Origin: Anaerolineales bacterium UBA6092
Lineage (GTDB): Bacteria; Chloroflexota; Anaerolineae; Anaerolineales; UBA4823
Assembly: GCA_002428565.1 (NCBI GenBank)
Contig: DIXA01000026.1
Coordinates: 5,435-69,434, forward strand
Direction: 5' to 3'
DNA: 64,000 bases
The notes under the pieces are model-generated. The model made no database searches and had not been told where the DNA came from. It worked only from the letters and a program-made list of their open reading frames with translations. Positions within the stretch are counted from its first letter, which is position 1. Each line of letters opens with the position of its first letter. This document shows positions 56,901 to 63,772 of the stretch, piece after piece. Both the position numbers and the translations under genes were made by a program.

Positions 56901-58601
56901 CTGGTCTGCGTTCCCCGCCGCCGCCAGCGAGGCGCCAAAGGCCGCGTTCGCCTGGTCGGTGGGGTCGGCTTGCCAATCTGGCGCGGCGTCTGGCGCGCCC
57001 AGCCCGCCCAGGAACAGGTAAGCCGCCCCTTCCCCGGTGTAATACGGCCCATAACCCGGCGCGCCGACCATGAAGTCGTCGAATGTGTCGCCATCCACAT
57101 CGCCCACCCCGGCTACCGCCTCGCCAAAATGCCCATCCGACTGATCGGTTGGGTGCGCCGGCCACCCAGAGGCGAGGCTTGGCCCAGTCGAGCTGCCAAG
57201 ATAAAGATACGCTGCTCCTTCTCCAATAGAGGTATCGCTGAACCCCGGCGCGCCGACCAGAAAATCGGCAAAGCCATCCTTGTTGGTGTCGCCGGCTCCG
57301 GCCACCGCCCAGCCAAACTGTGCCCCGTCCTGGTCGGTGGGGTCGAGTTCCTGGTAAGGCGGCGAGACAATGCCGGTCGCGCCGCCCCGGTACAGGAAAA
57401 CGCGCCCTTCTACAATGGCTCCTGTATCAAATAAGGGCGCCCCCACGAGCACATCATCGTAGCCATCCCCGTCCACATCGCCGGCGCTGGCGACCGAGGC
57501 GCCAAACCAGGCGCCAGAATGGCCGTAACCATCCACCTGCCAGTCATGGCTTTGATTGAGCGCTGGCGTAGGCCCGCTGGCCGAGCCGTGGTAGACGTAA
57601 ACCCGCCCCTCATCGACATGGCCGTTATCGTAACCGGATGCGCTGACGGTCATATCATCGTAGCCATCGCCGTTGACATCTCCGGCCCTGTTGACCACCA
57701 TCCCAAAATAGGCATCGGTCTGCTCGGTGGGATCGATCGCCCAGGGCCAGGTGAAAATGGGATCGACGGTGATCGGCAGGCTGGCTGATGCGGTCTCGAC
57801 CGTGATGCGCAGGATGTAACCTCCGCCTTCTGCCTCGAGTTCCAGCCAGGCAGGCAGCGTCATCCCATTGGCGTCGAAAGCCTGCAAGCCCTCGTAACGG
57901 ATGGGGATGGCGCTTTCTGGCGCATAGAATTCCAGTATCTGGCTGCTCGCCAACCGCGGGCTCAGTGCGGTGGTCAGCGCCAATTCCAACGTGAGCGCCG
58001 TTGCCTCGGCTGTGGCACCCTGGGGCAGCTCACTGATCGTAAAACCTTGCTCCAGCCCTGCCGCATCGTTGATATACCACTCACTGATCCCAGCCGGGTA
58101 GGTGTATTCGATGCGGTTCTCGTTCACGATCGTATGCGTTGGCTTTCCGATGGGCTGGATTGCCCCCTGCAAGCCAAAACCTGCCAGCGCAAGGTTGACT
58201 TCCCAGGCGTTCGCATGTATTTCCGCAACGCGCGGGGTCAGCCGCAGGCCCTGCGGCCCGAAAGTTGCGCGCAGGTTCTGCGCCCGATTGGGCGCGGCAT
58301 AGCTGCTCGGCTCGATTTGCGTAAAGCGATATTCAGAGGCCTCGATATACGCTGTGGCTTGGGCATACCAATCCGATTGTTCGAGCGCAGCCGGGTCAAG
58401 GACACCATCTCCAGCCACGGCTGGGGTGGCTGGAGCAGCCTTGACCAGCCTGCCCGGCTTGTATGCGCTGCTTTGCCACCGCGCGGGTGCGGCCCCCGCC
58501 AGGCCAGCCGGAACCAGGCTGGTCAGCACCAGCGCCAATAGCACGGCTGCTCGGATCACAAAGGCAATAGCTTGTTGATAACGTCGAATCGATGTATACA
58601 T
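50934..58601 (-). CDS. giant (2555 aa) FG-GAP/integrin-alpha-like repeat surface protein with an inserted lectin-like (choice-of-anchor-J-like) domain and a C-terminal LPSYG + TM + RRR anchor
   Basis: Signal peptide. Roughly 30 repeats (hand count) of AGDVNGDGY.DV..GAP......G.ayv..Gs..Gl. The insert is WEQGFE...SEWLLSPAF...VDLSAYAGQSIRLAWEYHG...LDDIRVYG. C-terminus is PLPSYGLAAICVAALAGAGLLWRRRAKQRG. Confidence 0.9.
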   Translation of the reverse strand: MYTSIRRYQQAIAFVIRAAVLLALVLTSLVPAGLAGAAPARWQSSAYKPGRLVKAAPATPAVAGDGVLDPAALEQSDWYAQATAYIEASEYRFTQIEPSSYAAPNRAQNLRATFGPQGLRLTPRVAEIHANAWEVNLALAGFGLQGAIQPIGKPTHTIVNENRIEYTYPAGISEWYINDAAGLEQGFTISELPQGATAEATALTLELALTTALSPRLASSQILEFYAPESAIPIRYEGLQAFDANGMTLPAWLELEAEGGGYILRITVETASASLPITVDPIFTWPWAIDPTEQTDAYFGMVVNRAGDVNGDGYDDMTVSASGYDNGHVDEGRVYVYHGSASGPTPALNQSHDWQVDGYGHSGAWFGASVASAGDVDGDGYDDVLVGAPLFDTGAIVEGRVFLYRGGATGIVSPPYQELDPTDQDGAQFGWAVAGAGDTNKDGFADFLVGAPGFSDTSIGEGAAYLYLGSSTGPSLASGWPAHPTDQSDGHFGEAVAGVGDVDGDTFDDFMVGAPGYGPYYTGEGAAYLFLGGLGAPDAAPDWQADPTDQANAAFGASLAAAGNADQDLPRTIALWEQGFEAGLMPPSAWETRSFSASLKKWMLAGAGDAHSGSFAGWVNYDAVITQSEWLLSPAFTVTTDVLSTTLEFWAKGDTLYPGATVTLYAIEASEAYTDTLWDMIADENWSSFAYRMVSVDLSAYAGQSIRLAWEYHGLDGDSFGLDDIRVYGQTAAPDAGRPDVIIGAPGYSGENSGEGRVYVYSGSNSGLETTPYWWADPTNQDDAQFGATVSAIDPATHLGVVVGAPKYDDSIYWDEGRLYVFPSLGGLDEVQFCALNPYEQAGSQMGQWVSPAGDTDGDGDGEILVGGYRTNLAGFMPQEGFLSVLEVTIYTHGPWCELTAEAQLHPSDQDDSGFGLSASAGDFNGDGYVDVVGGAYSYDASVSDEGRVFAYYGSPHGLLPPAGETWYVDPSDQDYAYFGGAAESAGDVNGDGYDDLIVGAPGFDTALHTDQGMAMVYYGSPSGLTWKPAWGNSPIDQDLLEFGRSASTAGDVNDDGFADILIGAPGYSDAAATEGKALVYFGSALGLSVVPNWELDPTDQAGARFGWSVSNAGDMDHDGYDDIIVSAPYKDLAGQILQGAGYIYRGSASGPANSQWVILVANPQQAHANFGYVVASAGDVNGDSYADVIVSAPYYGGSHTEMGRVFVFHGGSSAPTMPAWAVSPEPQNYAHVGFSIDGAGDVNGDGYDDVIVGSSDAYGYRDESGDVYEGRAYVYMGAPGGLSVTPAWQADPTNQNLAAFGMGVSMAGDLNADGYTDVLIGAPYFDRVGSGYGNEGRIYLYYGAPNGLTAEASPVWVGDPANGDLSGNGYAVGTAGDVNGDGYADVFVSAWNQYHVTCGVGVYVYHGGAGGPGLIPAWHGTGSPEYDSECFGHSASTAGDVNGDGYSDLVVGALNYDDNGDSLGDGAVYVYFGSASGLSATPNWVKTDPAGPGARAQFGYAVSGAGDVDGDGYGDIIVGAPAYSGGGYYEEGRIYIFYGNATGFESQPSFDDPYNKSSAALGRAVGGAGDVNGDGYADVIASAPGGGFSTYTSAAILYQGSASGLVYTALWGWYGSPTGSRELSVGTAGDVNGDGYSDVLIGSPGMFGGEGIAYVFHGSASGPASFGSPSWFAHPTTESGVYGANFGWSSSTAGDVNGDGYADVLISAPWLDLQHPDEGRAYLYYGSSSGLGAHPDWIADPAEQDNAHFGVAVGFAGDVNGDGFSDVIAGAPDYHAEFDYDGRAYLFYGAPGGLSTTSELLFNPDFQNFAYFGFSVASAGDVNGDGYSDVIIGAYNYNPGIEPEGKAYVFHGSDSGLSATPDWETAPINNNGAKLGWSVGTAGDVNGDGYSDVIIGAPGYGSAGNQTGRVYVYHGSASGLSTSADWMLDPASPDQTNAQWGWSVGSAGDVNGDGYSEVIIGAPYYDFVDMSLADSGAAVVYHGSATGLTPQASGADWFGLYTQAGAAYGYAVGSAGDVNGDSYADILVGIPYADNTSPAATDAGAVLAYYGSSMGLSAWTSPNWGATADQDHAHTGWSVDTAGDVNGDGYSDVIVGAPDYDTGLGADEGRAYVFHGSASGLAASANWYADPADQVNAKLGNAVSSAGDVNGDGFSDVLIGARLYDDAGYNDSGQAYVYYGSAKGLKGAGLGYGQIQPDWQAGSGGETNAQYGFSVGSAGDVNGDGYSDVLAAVPLWDGEGTDQGAIYLYYGNGGEHPDVKPRQYTYDGSEPIGPMGMTTPPAGAFRINLLGRSPFGRGQVMLQWEIKPFYQPFDGTGLVTSAVWGDTTLNGAEMFAQPIRLDLGQVYHWRVRLVGRDPLPWTGRWFSPPFNARSENDLRAASQARQPIPGLGWHQLGESANKGNVGTRGSLSEIWITGHPNAPHPNAPSTMLGRYYELEAVGTGWTLSEMCLYYDQRQVGSLNESELRLCRWTGTQWECLERSASSSTTDNLVCAGNVTAFSEWGIATSVPTAVTLVAFRASAAPLPSYGLAAICVAALAGAGLLWRRRAKQRG

Positions 58602-58622
58602 CTTATCCTCCGAATGATGGTT

Positions 58623-58841
58623 TTACTTCAATCCCGGGCGTTTTTCCCCGGACGGATTGTCTCGCTGGCTTTGATTTTGAATGTATTCCAATAATTCCGC
58701 GGCATCCAGGATGGCCACGGTTTGCCCGTTAAGCACATCCTGGATCTGGCCGCGCCACTCGGTGCCGCCCGGCCTTTCTTGCCACACCCGTAAGATAAAA
58801 ACCCTGCGCTCTGGCGTCACTTGAGTCAATGAACCGGTCAA
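58623..58841 (-). CDS. small conserved hypothetical protein sp2 (FILRVW...WRG motif)
   Basis: TTG at 58841 lies 5 nt after GGAGG. Reads LTGSLTQVTPERRVFILRVWQERPGGTEWRGQIQDVLNGQTVAILDAAELLEYIQNQ... It is 21 nt upstream of the giant gene. The 251-aa tracked ORF upstream of this point overlaps reg2 out of frame. Confidence 0.6.
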   Translation of the reverse strand: MTGSLTQVTPERRVFILRVWQERPGGTEWRGQIQDVLNGQTVAILDAAELLEYIQNQSQRDNPSGEKRPGLK

Positions 58842-58882
58842 ATTGGCCTCCAATAAACAAAAACTGGTACCGTATCGATACC

Positions 58883-58914
58883 AGTTTAGCAAATGGCTGT
58901 CTTTGGATTGTCTC
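58883..58914 (-). promoter_or_regulatory. SARP-box-like promoter of the sp2 / giant-gene operon
   Basis: Minus strand reads GAGACAA-tcca-AAGACAG-ccatttgc-TAAACT, between the reg2 stop (58945) and the sp2 start. Confidence 0.45.
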
Positions 58915-58944
58915 AGAATGGCCTGCGCCGGGCGAACCCGCGGC

Positions 58945-61900
58945 TCAACTGCTGCCTCGTGTTTTGGTGGCCTGGCCGGCCGCCCTGAGCGCTGCCAGGT
59001 CGCGTTTGACCGTTGCCTGGCTGCTGGCGGTCGCATTTGCCAGGTCTGCAATGGTTGGCGCTGCGCCTTGCGCCTCTGCCTCCTGCAGAAGGCGCTGCAG
59101 GCAGTGCTGGCGGCGTGCGGCTGCTCCGGCGATCTCCTCATCTTCTGGGTCGGACACCGTCCACGTGACTTGCACCCACTCATCCTCCCGCAAGGCGCGG
59201 CCACCGGGCGCCGTGCGGCCTGGCAGGCGCAAGGTGATCTGGCGGGGGCCCTGTGCTGCCCAGGCCGCCAGGATTTCCTTGTGCAGTGGGATGCCCTGGC
59301 GGATATTGTCGCGGCAATCTTCATCCGGAGCAACGCGCAGGCGCTCCTGGATGAGATCGACAGACTTTTTGAACGCATGGCGGGCTGCTTGCGCTTCTCC
59401 AGCCGCGCACATGATCTGGTAATGGTAGAAGCATACCTCCAGCACCGATTCGCCCAGCCCCTCTATGGCGGCCTTGGAGAGTTGCATAGCTTCCGTCAAA
59501 TCCCCTTGCTTGAGGTGGCCGACGGCTGCGAACGATTCCATCAGGTGGATATAATCGGGCCAGCCTGCCTCGCCGTACATTTCTTTAGCCTTTTCGAACT
59601 GCGCCAGCGCCGCGGGCAGGTCTGCTCTGGCTAAGTCTAATTGTCCTTGCCGGTAAGCCAGGTTTGCGTACAGCGCCGGGTATTTGAGCTGCTCGGCGAT
59701 GGCCGCCGCCTGCTGGAGATGCTCCTGGGCCTGGTCGAATTTCTTCCCCCAGGTCAGCAGCTCAGCATAGCTCAGGTGCATGCGGGCGGCTTCATCGGCA
59801 AAGCTCATTGCTCCAGCCACTGCCAACCCATCTTTGAGCACGCCTTCCGCCTGGGCAAAGCGCCCGGTTTCCTTGTAACGCGAGCTCAGGTTGAGCAGTT
59901 GGATGGTTTGCCCACGCTTATGCTCCAGATTGCAAAAAACGCTCAGCGCCTTTTCGGAAGCCTGGATGGCACGCTCATAATCAGCCAGAGCGCTGTGGGC
60001 CAGGCTGAGGTTGTTCAGCGCCACCCCCTCGTAATAGAGATAGCCGATGGTATGCATTTGTTCGTACATCGCCTGGCAGTGTTCAGCTTCTTCCTGGTGT
60101 TTTCCCTGGCTGCGGCTGATCCAGGCCAGGGCGTTGTGCGCCATTGCCAGATTCAAGATATCGCCGTCTTGGCGAGATAGCTCAAGCGCCTCTTCGGCAT
60201 TTGCCCTGGCTTTGTCCATATTCCCCAGGTCACGGTAGACGAACACCAGGCGCAGCAGGATATCGACAATGACCTGCCTCTCGCAGCCCGTCTCGCGGTA
60301 CAACGCCAACGCTTTGAGCAGCGCTGTTTCGGCGGCCAGGTTTTGCATTTGTTCTTTGCGGATCAGGCCAGTTCGCCACCAGGCTTCTGCCTCGAAGCAC
60401 GCCAATCGGTGTGCTTGTGCCAGGGAAACAGCTTTCTGGGCCGCCTCATGCCCCGCCTCATCCTGGCTGGCGATCTCGAACAAATAAGCGGCTTGTTGGA
60501 GCAGGGCTTTTGCCTGATATTCTGGCTTGCCCAGCCAGTCGGCGAGCTTCAGCATTGCCGCCACAGCCTGAGCGCAACCATCGGGCTCGCCGCGCATCTT
60601 CAGACAGGGATAGCTGGCTGCCCAGGTATCGAAGATCAAAGCCTGGTTTTGCGCTTCGTCGAAGGGTTGCTGCTGCTCGAGGATTTGCCTGGCCTGGCGA
60701 TAGGCGCTCAATGCCGCCTCTGCCAGGTACTGCCCGGCTGCTTTTTCCCCTTGCGCCATGAGCGCCTGCACCGCTCGATCCCACACCTCGCCTCGCACCA
60801 GGTGATGCGCCAGCAAGTCGACCCGCTCTGGATCGCGTGTTTCGAGCGCTGCCCCCGCCTGGCGATGCAACCTGACGCGTTCGTTGGGGTCAAGGTTGTC
60901 ATAAACCACCTGGCGGATCTTATCGTGGCTGAAGCAGTATGCCTGTGCTGTCTCTTGCAAGAAGTGCCGTTGCCTCAGTTCTTGGATGGATTTCAACACC
61001 GCAGGGCTTTCCAGGCCGCTGCTGCTGTTCAGCAAAGCCAAATCGAAATCGCTGCCCAGCACCGCGGCGCTGTTCAACACAGCCCTCAGAGGGGGTATTA
61101 GCCGCGCCAGGCGGCGCTTGATCACCTGCTCAACTGCTGGCGGAACCGGCAGCTCGGCATAGTCATCGGTCAATTCATCCCAGGGTGTGCTCCACTGCCC
61201 GCTTTCATTGCAGTTCAGCAAGCCTTCATCGTAGAGCACTTGCAGGGTTTCCAACACGAACAAGGGGTTGCCCTCGGTCTCTTGGTAAAGCCGTGCTTCG
61301 AAGAGCGGCGCAGCCTGTTTCGTTCCCAAAGAGCTACGGATCAGTTCGCCGGTAGCCCGCTGGTTCAGCCTCTCCAGCTTCATTCGCCCGCGCAGGCCAG
61401 CTCGATCGATGGCTTGCAGCTTCTCCCACAGCGCCGGATAACTGCGCGCCTCTTCGCTGCGCTGCGTGCCGATGACCACCACCGCCAGATCTTCAAGCCG
61501 GCGCGGCAGTGCCGCCAGCAAGTCCAGGGTCTGGCTGTCGGCCCATTGCAGATCTTCCAGGATGAGGGCGCATGGGCTGATCTGCGCCCAGCCCCGCAAC
61601 GCCTGTACAAACGCCTCGACCAGGCGGATTTGCTCCTGCTCGGACTTCAATGCCGGTGCGGGCGGCAGGTCTGGTTTTAAGGCCGCCAGTTCGAGGATGA
61701 ACGGTTTCAAAACTTGCATCCAGATGGGCTCGATCACCTGCGCCAGTTGGTTCATTCGTAAGGGCGTCAAGCTGCTGCCCAGAGCTTGGGCCAGCGGCCC
61801 GTAAGGTGGGGTGATCTCCATTGGGCTGGCGCTTCCCCAGAGCACCTGTGCGCCGCGCCATTCCAGGTCACGCGCCACCTCTTGCACCAGGCGCGTTTTT

Positions 61901-62817
61901 CCTACCCCAGCTTCCCCCTCCACCAGGATCACCCCACCCAGATCATCAAAAATGCCCTCAACTGAGGCGAGCAGCTCGCTGCGCTCGCTGGCGCGCCCCA
62001 CCAGGCTGAGCAGCCTGGTGCGCTCGCTGCTGATGGCTGGCCGCGTGGGCTGCAAAGTCTGCGGCAGGTAGGGGGCCGCTTCTGGCGTGTTGCTGCGGGT
62101 GATTTCATTGGCCAGGGCCTGGATTTCTGGCCCCGGTGTGGTACCCAGTTCGTTTTGCAAGATCTGCCGACAGGTTTCATATTGTCGCCGCGCCGCCTCG
62201 GGACGGTCAAGGATGAAATAAAGCCGCATCACCTCGCAGTGGACGGCCTCCCGCAACGGGTCGGCCCCCACCAGCGCCAGCGCCAGATCCAGAGCCTGGT
62301 GGTAGCGCCCGGCTGCTTTTTCCAGCACCAATAAGCTCTCAAGCGCGCTGAAGTAGTTTTCTCGCAGCCGTTCGCGTTCTTGCAACGCCCAATCTTCGTA
62401 AAAACCCTCCATCAAGTCACCCTTGTAGAGTTGGACAGCCCGCCAGAGCGCCTCGCGCCGCTCTGGGGCTGGTCTTTCTGCTGCCAGGCCGGCTGCCAGC
62501 CCTGCGCGGAAGACTTCTACATCAATACATAGCAGAAGGTTATTTGCAATATAAATGCTCTCAGCCTCTGTCTCGATCCATCCGGGCAGGCTCTGGCGCA
62601 GTTGCCACAGGGCCTGCGTCAGATAGCGGCGGGCGCGTGGCTCCGGATAATCCGGCCACAGTACCCCCACCAGCACTGCGCGCGGCTGCGGCTGTTCTCG
62701 GTGTAGCAAGAGATAGGCTAACAAAGCCCGGGCGTTTGCCGTTGGCGGCAGTGACAGCGATTCGTCCCCCTCCCAAAGCCTCATATTACCGAATAATGTG
62801 GCGCGCAGGTTCAACAT
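58945..62817 (-). CDS. SARP/BTAD - AAA ATPase - TPR regulator with an extra C-terminal DeoR-like HTH, reg2
   Basis: ARALLAYLLLHREQPQPRAVLVGVLWPD...YKGDLMEGFYEDWALQERERL. Walker A is LVEGEAGVGKTRL. Long TPR region. C-terminus is TIADLANATASSQATVKRDLAALRAAG. Confidence 0.85.
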   Translation of the reverse strand: MLNLRATLFGNMRLWEGDESLSLPPTANARALLAYLLLHREQPQPRAVLVGVLWPDYPEPRARRYLTQALWQLRQSLPGWIETEAESIYIANNLLLCIDVEVFRAGLAAGLAAERPAPERREALWRAVQLYKGDLMEGFYEDWALQERERLRENYFSALESLLVLEKAAGRYHQALDLALALVGADPLREAVHCEVMRLYFILDRPEAARRQYETCRQILQNELGTTPGPEIQALANEITRSNTPEAAPYLPQTLQPTRPAISSERTRLLSLVGRASERSELLASVEGIFDDLGGVILVEGEAGVGKTRLVQEVARDLEWRGAQVLWGSASPMEITPPYGPLAQALGSSLTPLRMNQLAQVIEPIWMQVLKPFILELAALKPDLPPAPALKSEQEQIRLVEAFVQALRGWAQISPCALILEDLQWADSQTLDLLAALPRRLEDLAVVVIGTQRSEEARSYPALWEKLQAIDRAGLRGRMKLERLNQRATGELIRSSLGTKQAAPLFEARLYQETEGNPLFVLETLQVLYDEGLLNCNESGQWSTPWDELTDDYAELPVPPAVEQVIKRRLARLIPPLRAVLNSAAVLGSDFDLALLNSSSGLESPAVLKSIQELRQRHFLQETAQAYCFSHDKIRQVVYDNLDPNERVRLHRQAGAALETRDPERVDLLAHHLVRGEVWDRAVQALMAQGEKAAGQYLAEAALSAYRQARQILEQQQPFDEAQNQALIFDTWAASYPCLKMRGEPDGCAQAVAAMLKLADWLGKPEYQAKALLQQAAYLFEIASQDEAGHEAAQKAVSLAQAHRLACFEAEAWWRTGLIRKEQMQNLAAETALLKALALYRETGCERQVIVDILLRLVFVYRDLGNMDKARANAEEALELSRQDGDILNLAMAHNALAWISRSQGKHQEEAEHCQAMYEQMHTIGYLYYEGVALNNLSLAHSALADYERAIQASEKALSVFCNLEHKRGQTIQLLNLSSRYKETGRFAQAEGVLKDGLAVAGAMSFADEAARMHLSYAELLTWGKKFDQAQEHLQQAAAIAEQLKYPALYANLAYRQGQLDLARADLPAALAQFEKAKEMYGEAGWPDYIHLMESFAAVGHLKQGDLTEAMQLSKAAIEGLGESVLEVCFYHYQIMCAAGEAQAARHAFKKSVDLIQERLRVAPDEDCRDNIRQGIPLHKEILAAWAAQGPRQITLRLPGRTAPGGRALREDEWVQVTWTVSDPEDEEIAGAAARRQHCLQRLLQEAEAQGAAPTIADLANATASSQATVKRDLAALRAAGQATKTRGSS

Positions 62818-63164
62818 TCTTGGTCGCTCCCTACCCCAGCACCATCCTTGGACGGTACCGCAAGGCCTCCGCCAGGTGACCGGGGCCCATCAGAACACAC
62901 CAGACATACCACTTTTGGGCGGATCACTTTACAGAAATGAGTTTACACTAACTTCTCTGCAAACGCCATCGCTTTTCCCGTCTTAAGTGTAAGGATACCA
63001 CTTCATGGAAGAATAGTTGGAAAGGCTCATCGCCCAAGCCAGAATCACCTGGCGCAAATCACCCAAGAATCGGTCACCGCCAAACAAATCGCTGCTAACA
63101 GCCCGGCAACCTTGTCAGATGAACTTGGATATCCCGTCCCTACCTCACCACCCTCATGCAGACG

Positions 63165-63764
63165 CTACACCAACCCCCTCAGCGCCTCCTTCAACCGCCC
63201 CACCTCCTCCAGCGTATTGTAATGCACCGGACCCACGCGCACCATGCCGCCGCTCTCCTCCAACCCCAACCCCTCGGTGACGCTGATGGCATAATAGTTG
63301 CCGTCCCACAGGTTGATATTCTGCTCGGCCATTTTTTCGGCCACCTGGCGGGGATGCCAGCCCTTTAGCGTGAAGGCGAAGGTGGGTACGCGCTCTTCCA
63401 GGCGGCGCGGGTCGTCCAGCCCGTACAGGCGCAGGCCGGGCACATCGCCCAGCGCGGCCAGCACGGCGCGGCTGATCTCGAACTCGTAGGCGCGCACGGC
63501 TGCCAACGCCTGCTTGAGGTGCAGCCTGCGCCCGCTGAAGCGCTCGGCATACTTCTCCTGGTAGGTCTGCCCAAAGGTCTGCCCCAACCAATCGAAGTAC
63601 TCCACCGCGCCCAGCACACCCGCCAGGCCTTCGTGATTCTGCGTGCCGGTCTCGAAGCGGCCCGGCAGGGCGTCCGGCGCGGGGCGCACTTTGTAGGCGA
63701 AGAGCTCGTTGAGGAGGTCATAGCGGCCGTAGAGGATGCCGCAATGAGGGCCAAAAATTTTGTG
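63165..63764 (-). pseudogene. class V aminotransferase (cysteine-desulfurase-like) 3' half, copy D (longest, 5'-truncated)
   Basis: HKIFGPHCGILYGRYDLLNELFAYKVRPAPDALPGRFETGTQNHEGLAGVLGAVEYF...NINLWDGNYYAISVTEGLGLEESGGMVRVGPVHYNTLEEVGRLKEALRGLV*. Homology ends at the HK codons, 9 nt from the stop of the neighbouring ABC gene. No N-terminal half is present. Confidence 0.7.
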
Positions 63765-63772
63765 CGGAGGGG

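Noticed and set aside
58842-59378. N-terminal two-thirds of the tracked 251-aa ORF 58623-59378
   Set aside because: It overlaps the 3' end of reg2 out of frame and is Arg/Ala/Pro/Cys-rich. Only the last 72 codons (sp2) have an RBS, a promoter box and a homolog.
62982-62996. cttaagtgtaaggat upstream of reg2, shared with ttaagtataaggat at 16964-16977, as a sixth SARP box
   Set aside because: Only the -10-like TA(C/T)ACTTAAG part is shared. No heptamer direct repeats occur at the required 8-bp and 11-bp positions. It may simply be a -10 region.
28428-63764. Diversity-generating retroelement (TR/VR) explanation for the repeated gene 3' ends
   Set aside because: There is no reverse transcriptase in the window. 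The mismatches between copies involve all four bases, not template adenines. The copies also lack an intact target gene.
28428-63764. Calling the blocks between fragment copies genomic islands, ICEs or prophages
   Set aside because: No integrase, recombinase, transposase, conjugation gene or phage gene was recognised anywhere in the 64 kb, so a mobile-element feature cannot be supported. It is kept only as a hypothesis in the findings.
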